A stretch of 64,000 nucleotides of DNA from Candidatus Moanibacter sp. (GCA_965215885.1 CBDCEW010000088.1:1-64000); one strand, 5' to 3'. Positions 39,090-49,873 are shown, numbered from the stretch's first letter. The notes: generated by a model from the sequence alone, not told the origin. Made by a program: numbers and translations.

Positions 39090-40116
39090 CCTTAACAGGC
39101 CAGTTTTCGCATTCAAGCAGGGTTAAACACTCGCGAGTGAACTCGCTATGCCCTACGGCAGAGAGATTACTGATTAGAATCTCCTCTATTCTGCCCGGCC
39201 TGCTTATCATCCTTTTTCCTGGAGATTTATTGAGTGAACCTTATCTCCCGGCGGATGACAGTGTGGTTTTGGAGCAGCTCTCCGGTGCCAGTAAATCTTC
39301 TGGCGAAGCCGGTGTGTTGAAAGAATTGCGGGCTCGTTTGCGGGAGAACCCCGAGCATCTCGGCTGGGCTTCCGAGTTGGCTCAGCTCTACATAATCAAG
39401 GGCCGTCGTGATTCCGATCCACGGTATTTGGGGTTCGCCCAGGCGGCGCTGCTCCCATGGTGGGAATTGCCGAATCCTCCCGTTCCAATCCTCGTGTTGC
39501 GCGCCACCATCCGGCAGAGCGATCACCGATTCGAGAGCGCTCTAGCCGATCTCTCGCTGGCCCTCAAGCACGAGCCCGATAATGTGCAGGCGCTTTTGAC
39601 AAGAGCGACAATTCTACAGGTACAAGGAAATTACCGTGAAGCCAGGAATGCTTGTCTGCCCCTTTTCCGGGTCGCGAATCAGCTGGTTGCAGTGACTTGT
39701 GCGAGTAGTATTGGCAGTCTGATCGGCGAAGCCGAAAAATGCTATGATTTGCTGAATCGCACTCTATCAGGTTTTGGGAATGCCTCTGTCGAGGAGAGAG
39801 TGTGGGCGCTGACTCTCCTGGCGGAAATAGCGGCTCGACTCGGTCGGTCAGAAGAGGCAGAAGAGCATTTCCACGACGCGCTCGCCCTTAACCATCGCGA
39901 CAGCTACCTGTTTGGCGCATACGCGGACTTTCTTCTCGACGAAGGGCGATCGACTGAAGTGTTGAGTCTCCTGCGAAACGAAATTCGCGCGGATGGTCTA
40001 TTTCTGAGATATACCCTCGCGGAAGAAAATGTTGAATCCGAAGAGGAATTAATCACGCGGGATATCGAATCGCTGGGTGCCCGCTTCGAGGCAAGTCGTC
40101 ATCGAGGATCCAATTT

Positions 40117-42492
40117 CAGAACTCGCTATCATGCGGGTTGGCGGGCAGGGGGCAATCGCAGATACAATTCCCGGCTTTTAAGAGCTAAAGAAAACGGTAG
40201 GCTTCATCTTCGAACCATCAAATTCGAAGAAAAATGGAGAAACCTACCGTCAAAGAAGAGACCTTCTTACAGTGCATCCTTGGAGTGGACAAGGGTAATC
40301 CCTCGATCACGGTCTATCGGGATCTGAGGAAAGGCAAACTGCACGTCTATTACGGGCATGAGCTTTTTGAAGTCGTAGAGGACGATCGGGAGCAAGTTGA
40401 ATTCAAGCTATTGGAGGGGCGCCTCTACAATGCGGGGGTTGAAGAAAGGGCGCTTAGAGAAGCAATTTGAGGTTGACCCCAAAACGATGAAGCGGTGGGG
40501 GGAGGCGCTTCAAAGCGGAGATGCCGAGACCTTAGCGCGAGTGCTGGCGGGACGCAGCGCTCATCGCAAATTGACGAGGGAAATCCGGAGTTTTGTGCGG
40601 GTGCGCTTCGGGCAGATCTATGGGGAGAGTCGGTATGGCTACAGCAAGAAGATACGGGGGGAGATCGAGGAGGTGTTCGGAGTTAACCTCAGTGGGGAAA
40701 CTTTGCGCCCTGTCTTTAAGGAGCTTAAAGAGGCCCGGGCAAAGGAGGCCGAAGCCGAGAGGGCGCAAAATCGGGGAGACTCCCTGGGATTGCCCGGAGG
40801 ACTCGGGGAGGGACGAACAGGAGCAAGAAGCAGAAAATAGCCCCGAAAGCGAAGGGGACAATCGCAAGGGGTCTCCCGATTTTTCGAGGGAGAGATCCGA
40901 AGCGGTGCAATGGTATCGGCACCTGGGAGTACTTCTGTTCAGTGCCGCGCTCAGAGAAGTCGCTCAGATTGATCGCGAAGAGGGCTGGCTTTTGAAACAA
41001 TGGGTGGCTTGCGGGTTGTTGGCCGCGGTCAATATCGAGCAGAGCAAACTGCTCGATCTCGAAGACCTGCAAAAACTCATCGGGCGAGTCCTGTATACCC
41101 CCTATCTGCAACGCCAAAGCCTTAGCGCCCTGGCCGATGAAGGGCTTTTAAGAGAGATCCTCAGAGTGAACGCGAGGGGCCTGAATGCTTCGGATGAAGA
41201 GAGCTTTTATTATGATCCGCACACCAAACATTACACCGGAATGAGCAAGGTGCTGGCGGGATGGTGTCCGGGTATCCGTCTGGCCGACAAAGCGCTCCAC
41301 AGCGATTTTATTCATACCCTCAAGGGCTATCCGGTCTATTTTGCGAGTACTGACAACTATGAGGATATAAGGGAACGGTTTATCCCCAACTGCGAAGCGA
41401 TGCTCGAGCTGGTGCAGTTGCCGGCTGATAAGAAGGTGAGCATTTACGTGGACCGGGCGATCGCCGCGGAGTGGTTTTACGAAGCCATCGTGGAGCATCC
41501 TCAACTCGAAATCATTACCTGGGAAAAAGGTTACAAGGCCAGCGCCCAGCCCCTCCAACGGATCGACGGGCAGTTGCGCCTGCAGCGCGCGCGCAACCAT
41601 GCCGAAGATCTCCAGGAGTATCATCTTCGCTATCAGCGGGGCCCCTGGAAGAAAAATCCTCAACTGGTGCAGTGGATCGTGGAGGCGACCAATCCAAAAA
41701 ATCGAACCATTACCGTGAGCATCATGGCGACCGATCAGCAGGCCCGAAATGAAGAGGTAATCAAAGGGATGTTCAGTCGCTGGATTCAGGAGAATGACTT
41801 CAAATACCTCGATAAGCACTTTGGGATTAATCAGATCACCTCTTATCGCACCGTCCACTACAAGCGATTAGCCCAACACCTTGAGGACAAGCAGGAGAAA
41901 AGCGGTGCCGCCAAAGCCCTCCTGAAGCAAAAACAGCAATGCACCGAAGAATTGAAAAGACTGCTCCTGGCCGAGCATGCCCACCCGGGCAAAAGCGCCT
42001 CAAGGGGCGAAAAGATCCGTCGACTCGATCAGGCCCTCAAAGCCCTCCAACTCGAACTGGAGCAAATCGACACCGAATGCTCGAGGCTGCAGCGCCTCAT
42101 TGATGAAAACTATGTCCGCCTGGACACCGCTAACAAGTCCCTCATGGATGCCTTGAAAATCTTCGCCCGTAACAGCTTCTACAAGCAGCTCGAACCCTTT
42201 AAAGCTCGCTACAACAACTATCGTGACGACCACGATCTGTTTCGCAATTTGACTCACTGTGACGGCGTTCTTATAGAGAGGGGCTGTGCGGTCGAAGCGC
42301 ATTTATTCCCCACCGCAACTTATCCCCCTCGGGTGCAGGCGGTGGTGCTTGAGTATCTGCAAACTCTCAATCAGAAGCCCTTACTGATGCCCGACGGTTC
42401 AGGCCGAAGAATCATCTTCCGACTGGGCAAAAAATCGGGATTTAAACTTGCGATTGCATAGTGCCTTTAGAGGGGCAATATAGTGAGGTCTG
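40117..42492 (+). mobile_element. Insertion sequence (DDE-type, family uncertain)
   Basis: TIRs CAGAACTCGCTAT / CAGACCTCACTAT (11/13); 5-bp TSD AATTT at 40112-40116 and 42493-42497. Confidence 0.88.
40234..42461 (+). pseudogene. Transposase with two apparent +1 frameshifts
   Basis: Three overlapping ORFs join if one base is removed at GAAGCAATTTGAG (~40462) and one at AATCGGGGAGACT (~40773). HTH (VDPKTMKRW), FYYDPHTK, YVDR and MFSRWIQENDFK motifs. Confidence 0.8.
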
Positions 42493-42737
42493 AATTTACA
42501 CGGACGTTCGGAGGCCCGTTACCGGCTGCATCTGCGGAACGATCCTGGTGGGGCCCTCGAAATAGCCGTGCGCAACTGGCGAATTCAAAAGGAGCCACAG
42601 GACGCGCGCATTCTCCTGGAGTCGGCGCTGGCAGCCGGTGACATTGATGCCGCTGATCCCGTGGTGCGTTGGATTTCCGCCAATCGGTGGGAGGATGTCC
42701 GGTTGGAGAATCTAGTGAAAGAGCTCGAAAGTAAACT

Positions 42738-43865
42738 GTGAAGAAGACTTCTCTGGTAATATGCCTTTTCTTCGGCTTGGCATACGCGGAGATTGGAGCA
42801 CACAAGTTGAGCGATAGCTATCTCAACATCAAGGTAGAGGAGGACGTTATTTCAGGGCAGTGGGACCTGGCGCTACGGGATTTGGAGTACTCAATCGGTC
42901 TGGACGCCAATGGAGACAGTGAAATCACCTGGGGTGAATTGCGCGCCAGCCATCGGGTACTGGAAGATTATTTGCTTTCCAGAATCGTTTTGAGTTTCGA
43001 CGACGAGGGGTGCGCACTTAGAGTCACTGAACACCTGGTTGACTACCATACGGATGGCGCTTACGCGGTGGTTAGATTTGAAGGGACGGCGCCCCCGCAT
43101 TCGAAAACTCTTGAAGTGGGATATGGCTTCCTATTCGACCTCGATCCCCTGCATCGCGGTCTGGCAAAGATCGAATATGGAGGTTTGGTTCGGACAGCCA
43201 TATTCAGTCCTGCTGAAACAACACAGCAGTATGCATTTGGGCATATATCTCGTTGGCAGCAGTTCCTCGCCTTTGCGAAGGAGGGGATTCACCACATTAT
43301 GATCGGATTTGATCATGTTCTTTTTCTGATCGCGCTCCTCCTGCCGGCAGTGTTGTATAGAGAAGAGGGAAAGTGGGTGGCGGTAACAAGGTGTGCCCCG
43401 GCGCTTATCAGCTTGGCAAAAATCGTTACAGCGTTTACTATAGCGCACTCCATCACTCTTACTTTGGCGGTTCTCGAAGTAGTCAGTTTACCCGCGCGTT
43501 TCGTTGAGTCAGTCGTCGCTGCTTCCGTCCTTCTCGCCGCCCTCAATAATCTGCGTCCAGTGGTAAGAGAGGGAACTTGGGTAGTGGCGTTTGTCTTCGG
43601 ACTCATTCACGGTTTCGGATTCGCAAGTGTCCTCGCTGATATCGGGTTGATTTCGAAAAATCTCGTTCTATCCCTGGTGGGATTTAACTGCGGGGTCGAA
43701 CTTGGGCAATTAGCGATTGTAGGTCTGTTTATACCGGCAGCTTTTCTGTCCCGAAAATCCGGAATCTACCAGAAATCTGCCCTAATGGGCGGATCCGCAT
43801 TCATCGCCGCGATTTCGATGATCTGGATGGCGGAGAGGATTCTTGGAATTACGGTGATAACGTGA
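42738..43865 (+). CDS. HupE/UreJ family membrane protein with an N-terminal periplasmic domain
   Basis: AHKLSDSY, GIHHIMIGFDHVLFL, TAFTIAHSITL, GLIHGFGFA and FNCGVELGQ. Confidence 0.92.
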   Translation: MKKTSLVICLFFGLAYAEIGAHKLSDSYLNIKVEEDVISGQWDLALRDLEYSIGLDANGDSEITWGELRASHRVLEDYLLSRIVLSFDDEGCALRVTEHLVDYHTDGAYAVVRFEGTAPPHSKTLEVGYGFLFDLDPLHRGLAKIEYGGLVRTAIFSPAETTQQYAFGHISRWQQFLAFAKEGIHHIMIGFDHVLFLIALLLPAVLYREEGKWVAVTRCAPALISLAKIVTAFTIAHSITLTLAVLEVVSLPARFVESVVAASVLLAALNNLRPVVREGTWVVAFVFGLIHGFGFASVLADIGLISKNLVLSLVGFNCGVELGQLAIVGLFIPAAFLSRKSGIYQKSALMGGSAFIAAISMIWMAERILGITVIT

Positions 43866-43889
43866 AATTGCTCTACGCTCGCAGCCAAA

Positions 43890-44399
43890 CTGGAAGGCGC
43901 TTCAACGCTGAAGAAAATTGAACAGAAGCAAACCCCTTCGACGGGCTCAGGGCAGGAGAGAGAAACGGAGAGGAAGAGGGGAGATTTCTCACGCAAAGCC
44001 GCAAAGACGCAAAGGGGAGAGAGGAAACCCCTGCACGGACTCCGCAGTTCCATGGATGGGCACGGATGAGGGAATGACCCCACGGATTCGAGGGCAACTC
44101 GGATCTGCTGTACCGCAGACTCTGCGAGATTGGGGGCAAAGGGATCGAGTCTACTGAAGAGAATCCAAGGAGAATGTGTGAGAGTGGTCCTTTCGTTTTA
44201 AGCTCAGCGAGGCGCAATGGAATCAGCTCGAATACCCGTTTGGGTTGTAGGACTGCGATCGCGCGGGATGATCCTGGAGCGACTTATCCGCTTGGCTCAT
44301 CCCGCGCGAGCGCGGTCCTACAATCTGGCGGCCATCAATGCCGCTAAACGTCTCCGATGAGGATTGGGTGGATAACCGCTGGACAGGTCCGATAGGCTC
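43890..44399. repeat. Mosaic intergenic repeat cluster including REPIN 44247-44321
   Basis: Modules AATTGAACAGAAG, CCCTTCGACGGGCTCAGGGCAGG, CACGCAAAGCCGCAAAGACGCAAAG, ATGGATGGGCACGGATG, plus GTAGGACTGCGATCGCGCGGGATGA...TCATCCCGCGCGAGCGCGGTCCTAC (23/25). Confidence 0.8.
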
Positions 44400-45110
44400 T
44401 TAGTCGCTCTCGGGATAACGACGTTGAGCCTCTTCGCGGCAGGCCTGCATCGTTTTCAACCAGACCTCACGTAAGTCGAAGAGATATCGGGCACATTCAT
44501 CGACGCGATCGTTGCTGTTTCGATGTCTGTTCGCGGGTAGCCTTTGGAGTGTATCGAGAGAATGATTCACAGCGCTGAGGGCAGACTTGAAATGGCAGAT
44601 TGCGAGTGCGTAATCGCCCATATCGAGTGCCTGAATGGCGAGTATTGCGTTGCATTCACCATCACGGAGTTGCCTGGTGAAGTCCCAGACCGTTTTGCGG
44701 GAGATGGATCTTTCACACTGTTCCATTCTCTGCTCCCATTTTGTGATGAGCGAGTTGTACAATCCTCGTGTAACCACAAAGAGGGGATGCCGGTGAATCG
44801 TATAAGGATCCGAATCATCGTCCACATCCTCTTCTTCGCGCAAGTAGAACCCCGCATCAAATCCGTAATCAATCAGATCTACTGGACAGTCGTCGAGATC
44901 CAGCCAATTGTCTCCCTCCCAACCCATGAGTTGGGCGACCTTGTCGAGACGGTATTCTGCATCCCCTATCTTTTCAATATAGGCGCAGAAGCGATCAACT
45001 TCCGCCTCGTAACGATTGAGGAACTGGCGCCATTCCTTCTCGGACCAGGTAACTTCTCCCCGTCCCTCACTGTCACCGTCGAATCCACTCTCATGTTCGT
45101 AGTCACTCAT
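44400..45110 (-). CDS. Hypothetical acidic helical protein
   Basis: 236-aa ORF with natural-looking composition (WSEKEWRQFL, PYTIHRHP, LFDLREVWL); no family recognised. Confidence 0.7.
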   Translation of the reverse strand: MSDYEHESGFDGDSEGRGEVTWSEKEWRQFLNRYEAEVDRFCAYIEKIGDAEYRLDKVAQLMGWEGDNWLDLDDCPVDLIDYGFDAGFYLREEEDVDDDSDPYTIHRHPLFVVTRGLYNSLITKWEQRMEQCERSISRKTVWDFTRQLRDGECNAILAIQALDMGDYALAICHFKSALSAVNHSLDTLQRLPANRHRNSNDRVDECARYLFDLREVWLKTMQACREEAQRRYPESD

Positions 45111-45406
45111 CGACTTTCAAGGATCGCAGAAGACAGACTTGAATTCTGAGAGAAAAAATCAAACCCTTTTTGACTGAATAGTCGGTCGCGGTTCTCGATC
45201 TCCTTGATCTCGAAGTAATCCGCTCTTGCGTTCCGCAATGCTTACTCGCTGTCGGCTCCACCCCTTAACTACACACCTGCGGATGACTCTCTTTGCGCTG
45301 ATCGTAAAGAGTCGGCTTGAAAAAGTCCCTCGTGCGTTAGATGGACGCTCGTGCCTGAAGCTGGTTTTATTGGGGCTGTACGTTTTAGAATCCGCGCTAC
45401 CCGCAC

Positions 45407-46417
45407 CTACCCGAAGACATCTCTTCGTAATTCCCGCAACACCATCAGTCCTTCCCAGTCACTCCCTTTCATCGGTCGAGGTCCCGTTCTTCGCTTGCCG
45501 CCAAACTGCTCGCGAAACTCTGTGTAAATACCATGCACATACTCACGCGACCCCAAGACTGCTCCGTCCGTAAAATACCTTACCCGGCACCTCAGAGCTG
45601 CCGCTACTGGCAGCTTTCCCCCCTTCTCCATCACTGCTCTCCACTGCTCCTCCCTCATCATAGCTGATCCCGGCCCTTTCCCGGGCGCTGCCGTCGCTCC
45701 CTTGCGGTAGAGCAGCTTGCGATATTCTCTTGCTGCCGTGATCCACCTAATTTGCCTCTCCTCCGGCCTCCGCAACGCTACGCAGATCCCTCCCCGCGCT
45801 CTCGTTGCTCCTCCCATCGCCTCTCCATACCCGCTCCAGCGATAGTCCTTCGGGTCCTCTACCAGCTTCGCCCGTACCGGGTTCAAGTCAATGTAGGCCG
45901 CTACGATCCGCATGGCCGCTTCGCTTCCCTCCACCAAGGTGCTCTTGAAGCGCTCACTCCACAACGTCCCCACCCTCCCGTGGTTGCGGTTATACCAGAT
46001 CGAAAAACGCTGCTTCAGGCTCTTCATATACTCCGACACATCGTGCATCCGTCCCAATAGCTGCCGTCGTATCACTTCCCTCTCCTCGCCTCCTTTTGCC
46101 AGCTCCATCTCCATCACCTTTGCCTCGGCCTGCTGATACTTTGTGGGCTTCGGATACAATACCCGATACCGCCGCATCAACTCCGAATCACTCATTTCTA
46201 CCCCGTCCCTGTCAGGTACCCCCAACAGCACATGAAAATGTGTACTCATAATGCAGTAGGTCAATATCTCCACTCCGCTGAAGTCCGCCACCTGCCACAG
46301 CTGCTTTCTTAAAACCTCCCGGGCGAACCCTTCGATCAACCGCTCCTTGTTTACTATACGGGTCATGCAGTGATACACCGCCCGTCTTCCTGACACTTTT
46401 ATCCTTCGCTTTCTCAT
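45407..46417 (-). CDS. Y1 HUH transposase / RAYT (REP-associated tyrosine transposase), long form
   Basis: VYHCMTR, YCIMSTHFHVLL (HUH), GTLWSERFKS and YIDLNPVRAKLVEDPKDYRWSGY; probable ATG at 46417. Confidence 0.9.
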   Translation of the reverse strand: MRKRRIKVSGRRAVYHCMTRIVNKERLIEGFAREVLRKQLWQVADFSGVEILTYCIMSTHFHVLLGVPDRDGVEMSDSELMRRYRVLYPKPTKYQQAEAKVMEMELAKGGEEREVIRRQLLGRMHDVSEYMKSLKQRFSIWYNRNHGRVGTLWSERFKSTLVEGSEAAMRIVAAYIDLNPVRAKLVEDPKDYRWSGYGEAMGGATRARGGICVALRRPEERQIRWITAAREYRKLLYRKGATAAPGKGPGSAMMREEQWRAVMEKGGKLPVAAALRCRVRYFTDGAVLGSREYVHGIYTEFREQFGGKRRTGPRPMKGSDWEGLMVLRELRRDVFG

Positions 46418-46531
46418 CCCGCCAATATGCATATTTTTCGGGTTATGTCCAGTATATAAATACCTGTCCCTTATAAGGGAGCCAGAATGGGCTGGCCAAG
46501 GGTAAGAAAATGGGCAATCTCTGAGGAGGAA

Positions 46532-46810
46532 ATGGATGAAGCAGTTTTCCATATGGAGGTGCAATTTTCGGGTCGGGTGCAGGGGATAGGATTTCGGTAT
46601 CATACATTACATATAGCCAAAGAATATGAAGTTTCGGGATATGTGACGAATCTGGCGGATGGACGTGTAAGGGTGGAGGCGGAGGGATTGGAGGCGGAGG
46701 TGAAGGCTTTCAAAAAAGAGATCGAAACGCAGATGGAAGCGTTCATAAGGCAGGTGGAAATAAAGACGCAAAACAGGCCCCGATCCTTTTCGGGTTTTAC
46801 GATCCGATAG
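46532..46810 (+). CDS. acyP: Acylphosphatase
   Basis: GRVQGIGFR and GYVTNLADGRV; GAGGAGG precedes ATG 46532. Confidence 0.93.
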   Translation: MDEAVFHMEVQFSGRVQGIGFRYHTLHIAKEYEVSGYVTNLADGRVRVEAEGLEAEVKAFKKEIETQMEAFIRQVEIKTQNRPRSFSGFTIR

Positions 46811-46836
46811 GAATCCGCCGGGCGTCGAAATTCTAA

Positions 46837-47037
46837 TTGGATGAAGCGCTTTGGCAGCGTTATTTTCAGATCGTGGTGTTGATGGGAATGGGCGTGTTGA
46901 CCGCAGCATATCTTTTCTATTCGGATTTGGAACGAAAGGCGAATCTAACTCTATTGGCCCGTCCGGTGAGAAGAATAGAGTACGTTATAGGGGAAATTTC
47001 CGGGGATCATTCCGTCGTTTTTTCTCGAAGGGCTTGA
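46837..47037 (+). pseudogene. Possible ABC-transporter permease remnant
   Basis: TM helix followed by DLERKANLTLLARPVRRIEYVIG, resembling the ABC-2 permease 'LxxPxxRxxxxxG' loop. Confidence 0.4.
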
Positions 47038-47147
47038 CTCGTTGCGGGCTTTCTTAATTTGGTTGCCGGGGGGGGCACTACGCTGCCCTAAGTGAGATAT
47101 TCTCGATTTTTCCGCAACGAACAAGATTCATATAGGAGGTCCATAGC

Positions 47148-47726
47148 ATGAAAGGAAATGGTGCAAGTAGGTCGATAGAACACATCCTTATTAAAAAGCT
47201 AGACGATGCAGTCGAGGCGGAAGATACCGCGACTATCTGTGCAAATGTAAAACGGGTGCTCGTCGATGTAATGAATTGCAAGGAGCAGATTTTGTCGGAG
47301 GGATTTTTAATTCCAAATCCTGAATGTTATGCGCGGCGGCTTCTCCATAAGGATCCCGAAGGCAGGTATTCGGCCGTTGTCATGGTTTGGGACAAAAGCC
47401 AGGGCACGCCCCTTCACGATCACGCTGGCCGTTGGTGCGTGGAAGGCGTGTATCGTGGGAGAATCCGGGTGCGATCCTACAATTACGATGGGAAGGGAAA
47501 GGAAGGAATCCACCGCTTTACTCAAGAGACGGAAGTCACTACAGGAATTGGAGAAGCTGGCGCGCTCATACCTCCATTCGAATATCACTCCATCGAGAAT
47601 CCGGATGAGCGACCGGCGATTACGATTCACGTCTATCGGGGGGAGTTATTCAGCTGCAATGCTTTTTACCCTCTTGAAGGAGGAGGCTACCGCCGAGTGA
47701 GTAAATCGATGACTTATACGGAGTGA
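47148..47726 (+). CDS. Cysteine dioxygenase-family cupin
   Basis: YARRLL, QGTPLHDHAGRWC, EYHSIEN and TIHVY. Confidence 0.88.
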   Translation: MKGNGASRSIEHILIKKLDDAVEAEDTATICANVKRVLVDVMNCKEQILSEGFLIPNPECYARRLLHKDPEGRYSAVVMVWDKSQGTPLHDHAGRWCVEGVYRGRIRVRSYNYDGKGKEGIHRFTQETEVTTGIGEAGALIPPFEYHSIENPDERPAITIHVYRGELFSCNAFYPLEGGGYRRVSKSMTYTE

Positions 47727-47774
47727 AGGAAAGTCCTCCTACGCTCAAGCTTCCCACTTCGCTCCCGCTGAGCG

Positions 47775-49234
47775 CATTTGCGTTAACCTAAGGAGAAGAA
47801 ACAAGAGAGGAAATCAAGTCGAGAACGCTTTTCATAGGTGCAGTGTTTGGGGATTTGTTTGAGCCATCGGGGATGATCTGATCTTTGGGAATGTGAGAGA
47901 GGATGAAGAAGTAGGGAGCAAAGAAGAGTAGGAGAATTTAAGGATACTCAGAGGAGAGGACAAACTGGTATTCGTGTCTAAGGGGACCATAGACGAAGTT
48001 GAGTAAGTGGGTAATGAGGATGAGACGGGCGTAGATAAGAAGCTCAACCTGGTAGGGAGTAGTCTCTTTGACCTGACCGAGATTAAGATGTTGCTTAAAG
48101 GCCTTAAAGATTTCGATGCGCCAGCGAAGCCCGTAAAAGCTCAGAATCTGCGATGATGGAGGTTTGTAATAAAGATTAGCTGGTGCGCTGGTATATCGAA
48201 GTCTATTGTGGGATGCTCGCGGCGGCGTTTATGGGCCACCTTCTGAGGGAGTTTGACGGCGATCAGACGAACCGGAAGCTTGGCTTTTTTACCCACCCGA
48301 ACGGGCATATCGAGAAGCTTTTGGCCACGTAAAAGTTTGCGTAGATCGAGCTCTTCATCGCCTTCGTTGGCTAAAAGGCAAGTGCCGGTTTTCAAACGAC
48401 TCACAAAGAAGCAGCCGCGCTGATCGAGTTGCTTAAAGACATCGAGGACAAAATAGCCTAAGTCGCGCAGGATCAAGTCGTTGGGTTGGGCGAGAGCGAG
48501 AATGTCTTTGGAAGCATGATCGTTTTTTCGGAAGCTACTGAGGCTGAATCAACGAAGGATTCATTCAGATCGTAATAGGCCTGAATCTTCAGTTGATGGA
48601 GCCTGTCTGATTGGACGCTCCGGGGAAGAAGGGGGCCAGGACCTTAGGGCCAATCGATGTCGGCAATGAGAATCAAAGCTCCTCATCATTTGGAACAGTC
48701 TGCCCACAGGCCCATAAGCTTTAAGTTCTAAAAGCCTCAGGAGCACTAAGGAGCACTTTTGGACCGCTTGTCATGGTGCGGTTGGCTAAGAATCCAATAA
48801 GCTCGGCTTCTTTGCCAAGGGACAAGGCCCCCTTAGAAGCCATCGCCAGCAAAGCCAAAACAAAGTTCAGAGGGGAGATCTTGCGCGATTTCCTCTCTCT
48901 AAAACCACTCTGTTTAGCGAGGGCTGTGAGGTTCAACTTACGGAAGGTTTGACGGATACAATCAGCTTTTTTTATACTTTGCATCCGAAGGATAAATCCT
49001 ATATATGAACGAATGTACAGTATAAAATGCTGCCAAAGTGAAAAAAAATGGGGTAGACGGAGTAGAGAAGATAACCCGGCCAAAAGTCGCTCAACTGCGA
49101 ATTTCCTCACCGCTGTGGTCAAGCGAACAAATGGAGTGGAACCTCGAGGATAGAGACACCCTCATACTCCGCCGCAAAATACCTCGCAAGTCTTTGAATC
49201 TGACTAAGTTGCGAAAATAAGGTTTACGCGTATG
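47775..49234 (-). mobile_element. Decayed IS4-family element (transposase pseudogene)
   Basis: TIRs CATTTGCGTTAACCT / CATACGCGTAAACCT; 9-bp TSD CGCTGAGCG at 47766-47774 and 49235-49243. Fragments LAKQSGFRERKSRKISP, LILRDLGYF and YGLRWRIE lie in broken frames. Confidence 0.85.
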
Positions 49235-49426
49235 CGCTGAGCGGGACTTCGAGGGACGAGTCGGAGGATGCAAGAGAGTGGGGTGGACGGTATCGTTCTC
49301 GACGATCGACTACGATTACGACGACCAGTTGCGATTGGATATTATTCGCAAATTTTGGGAGGGCGCTTTGTGTTTATATTGTGCAAAAGGTTGCTTTCGG
49401 GAATGAGGATATTCATTTTGTGATAT

Positions 49427-49873
49427 ATGAAGAATAGAATCGATCGGTTTTCAATCCTTCTGGTGATGGGTATAGTCATGGTTGGCTGTGCCAAACGAGC
49501 ACAGGAAGAGGGTGAACAGGCCCGCGTCTTTTTTGTCGAACCCGTGGAGGGAGCCGAAGTGACGGCCCCCTTCAAGGTGGTGATGGGAGTGGAAGGTATG
49601 GATGTGCGTCCTATTGCAGACGGAGTTATTGAAGGAACCGGGCATCATCATGTTCTGATAAATCTGGGGCCTCGATACGGCCCGGGTATTGTGATCCCGA
49701 ACGATGAAATTAACCGGCACTATGGGGGAGGGCAGACAGAAGGGGAATTGGACCTGGAGCCCGGAGACTACCGGCTCACTCTGCAGTTCGCGGATGGAAA
49801 ACACCGTTCCTATGGAATGGAACTGTCGCATACGATAAACATAACGGTGGTGGAAGGTGAAGGTGGGGAGTAA
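49427..49873 (+). CDS. DUF4399 lipoprotein
   Basis: Lipobox MVGC; GTGHHHVLI, HYGGGQTE and LTLQFADGKHRS. Confidence 0.88.
   Translation: MKNRIDRFSILLVMGIVMVGCAKRAQEEGEQARVFFVEPVEGAEVTAPFKVVMGVEGMDVRPIADGVIEGTGHHHVLINLGPRYGPGIVIPNDEINRHYGGGQTEGELDLEPGDYRLTLQFADGKHRSYGMELSHTINITVVEGEGGE

Larger units (their letters stand above)
38780..42741 (+). pseudogene. TPR protein of the DUF4331 locus, interrupted by an IS (5' part to 40116, 3' part 42498-42741)
   Basis: Excising 40117-42492 plus one AATTT restores ...RHRGSNLHGRSEARYRLHL...NWRIQKEPQDARILL...ESKL*. Its TGA overlaps the GTG start of the HupE gene. True start uncertain. Confidence 0.85.

Noticed and set aside
40117..40327. C-terminus of ORF 38780..40327
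   Set aside because: This is read-through into the IS; the true C-terminus is at 42498-42741.
46418..46603. N-terminal extension of the RAYT ORF
   Set aside because: It overlaps the divergent acyP start, and the recognisable protein begins at MRKRRIK.
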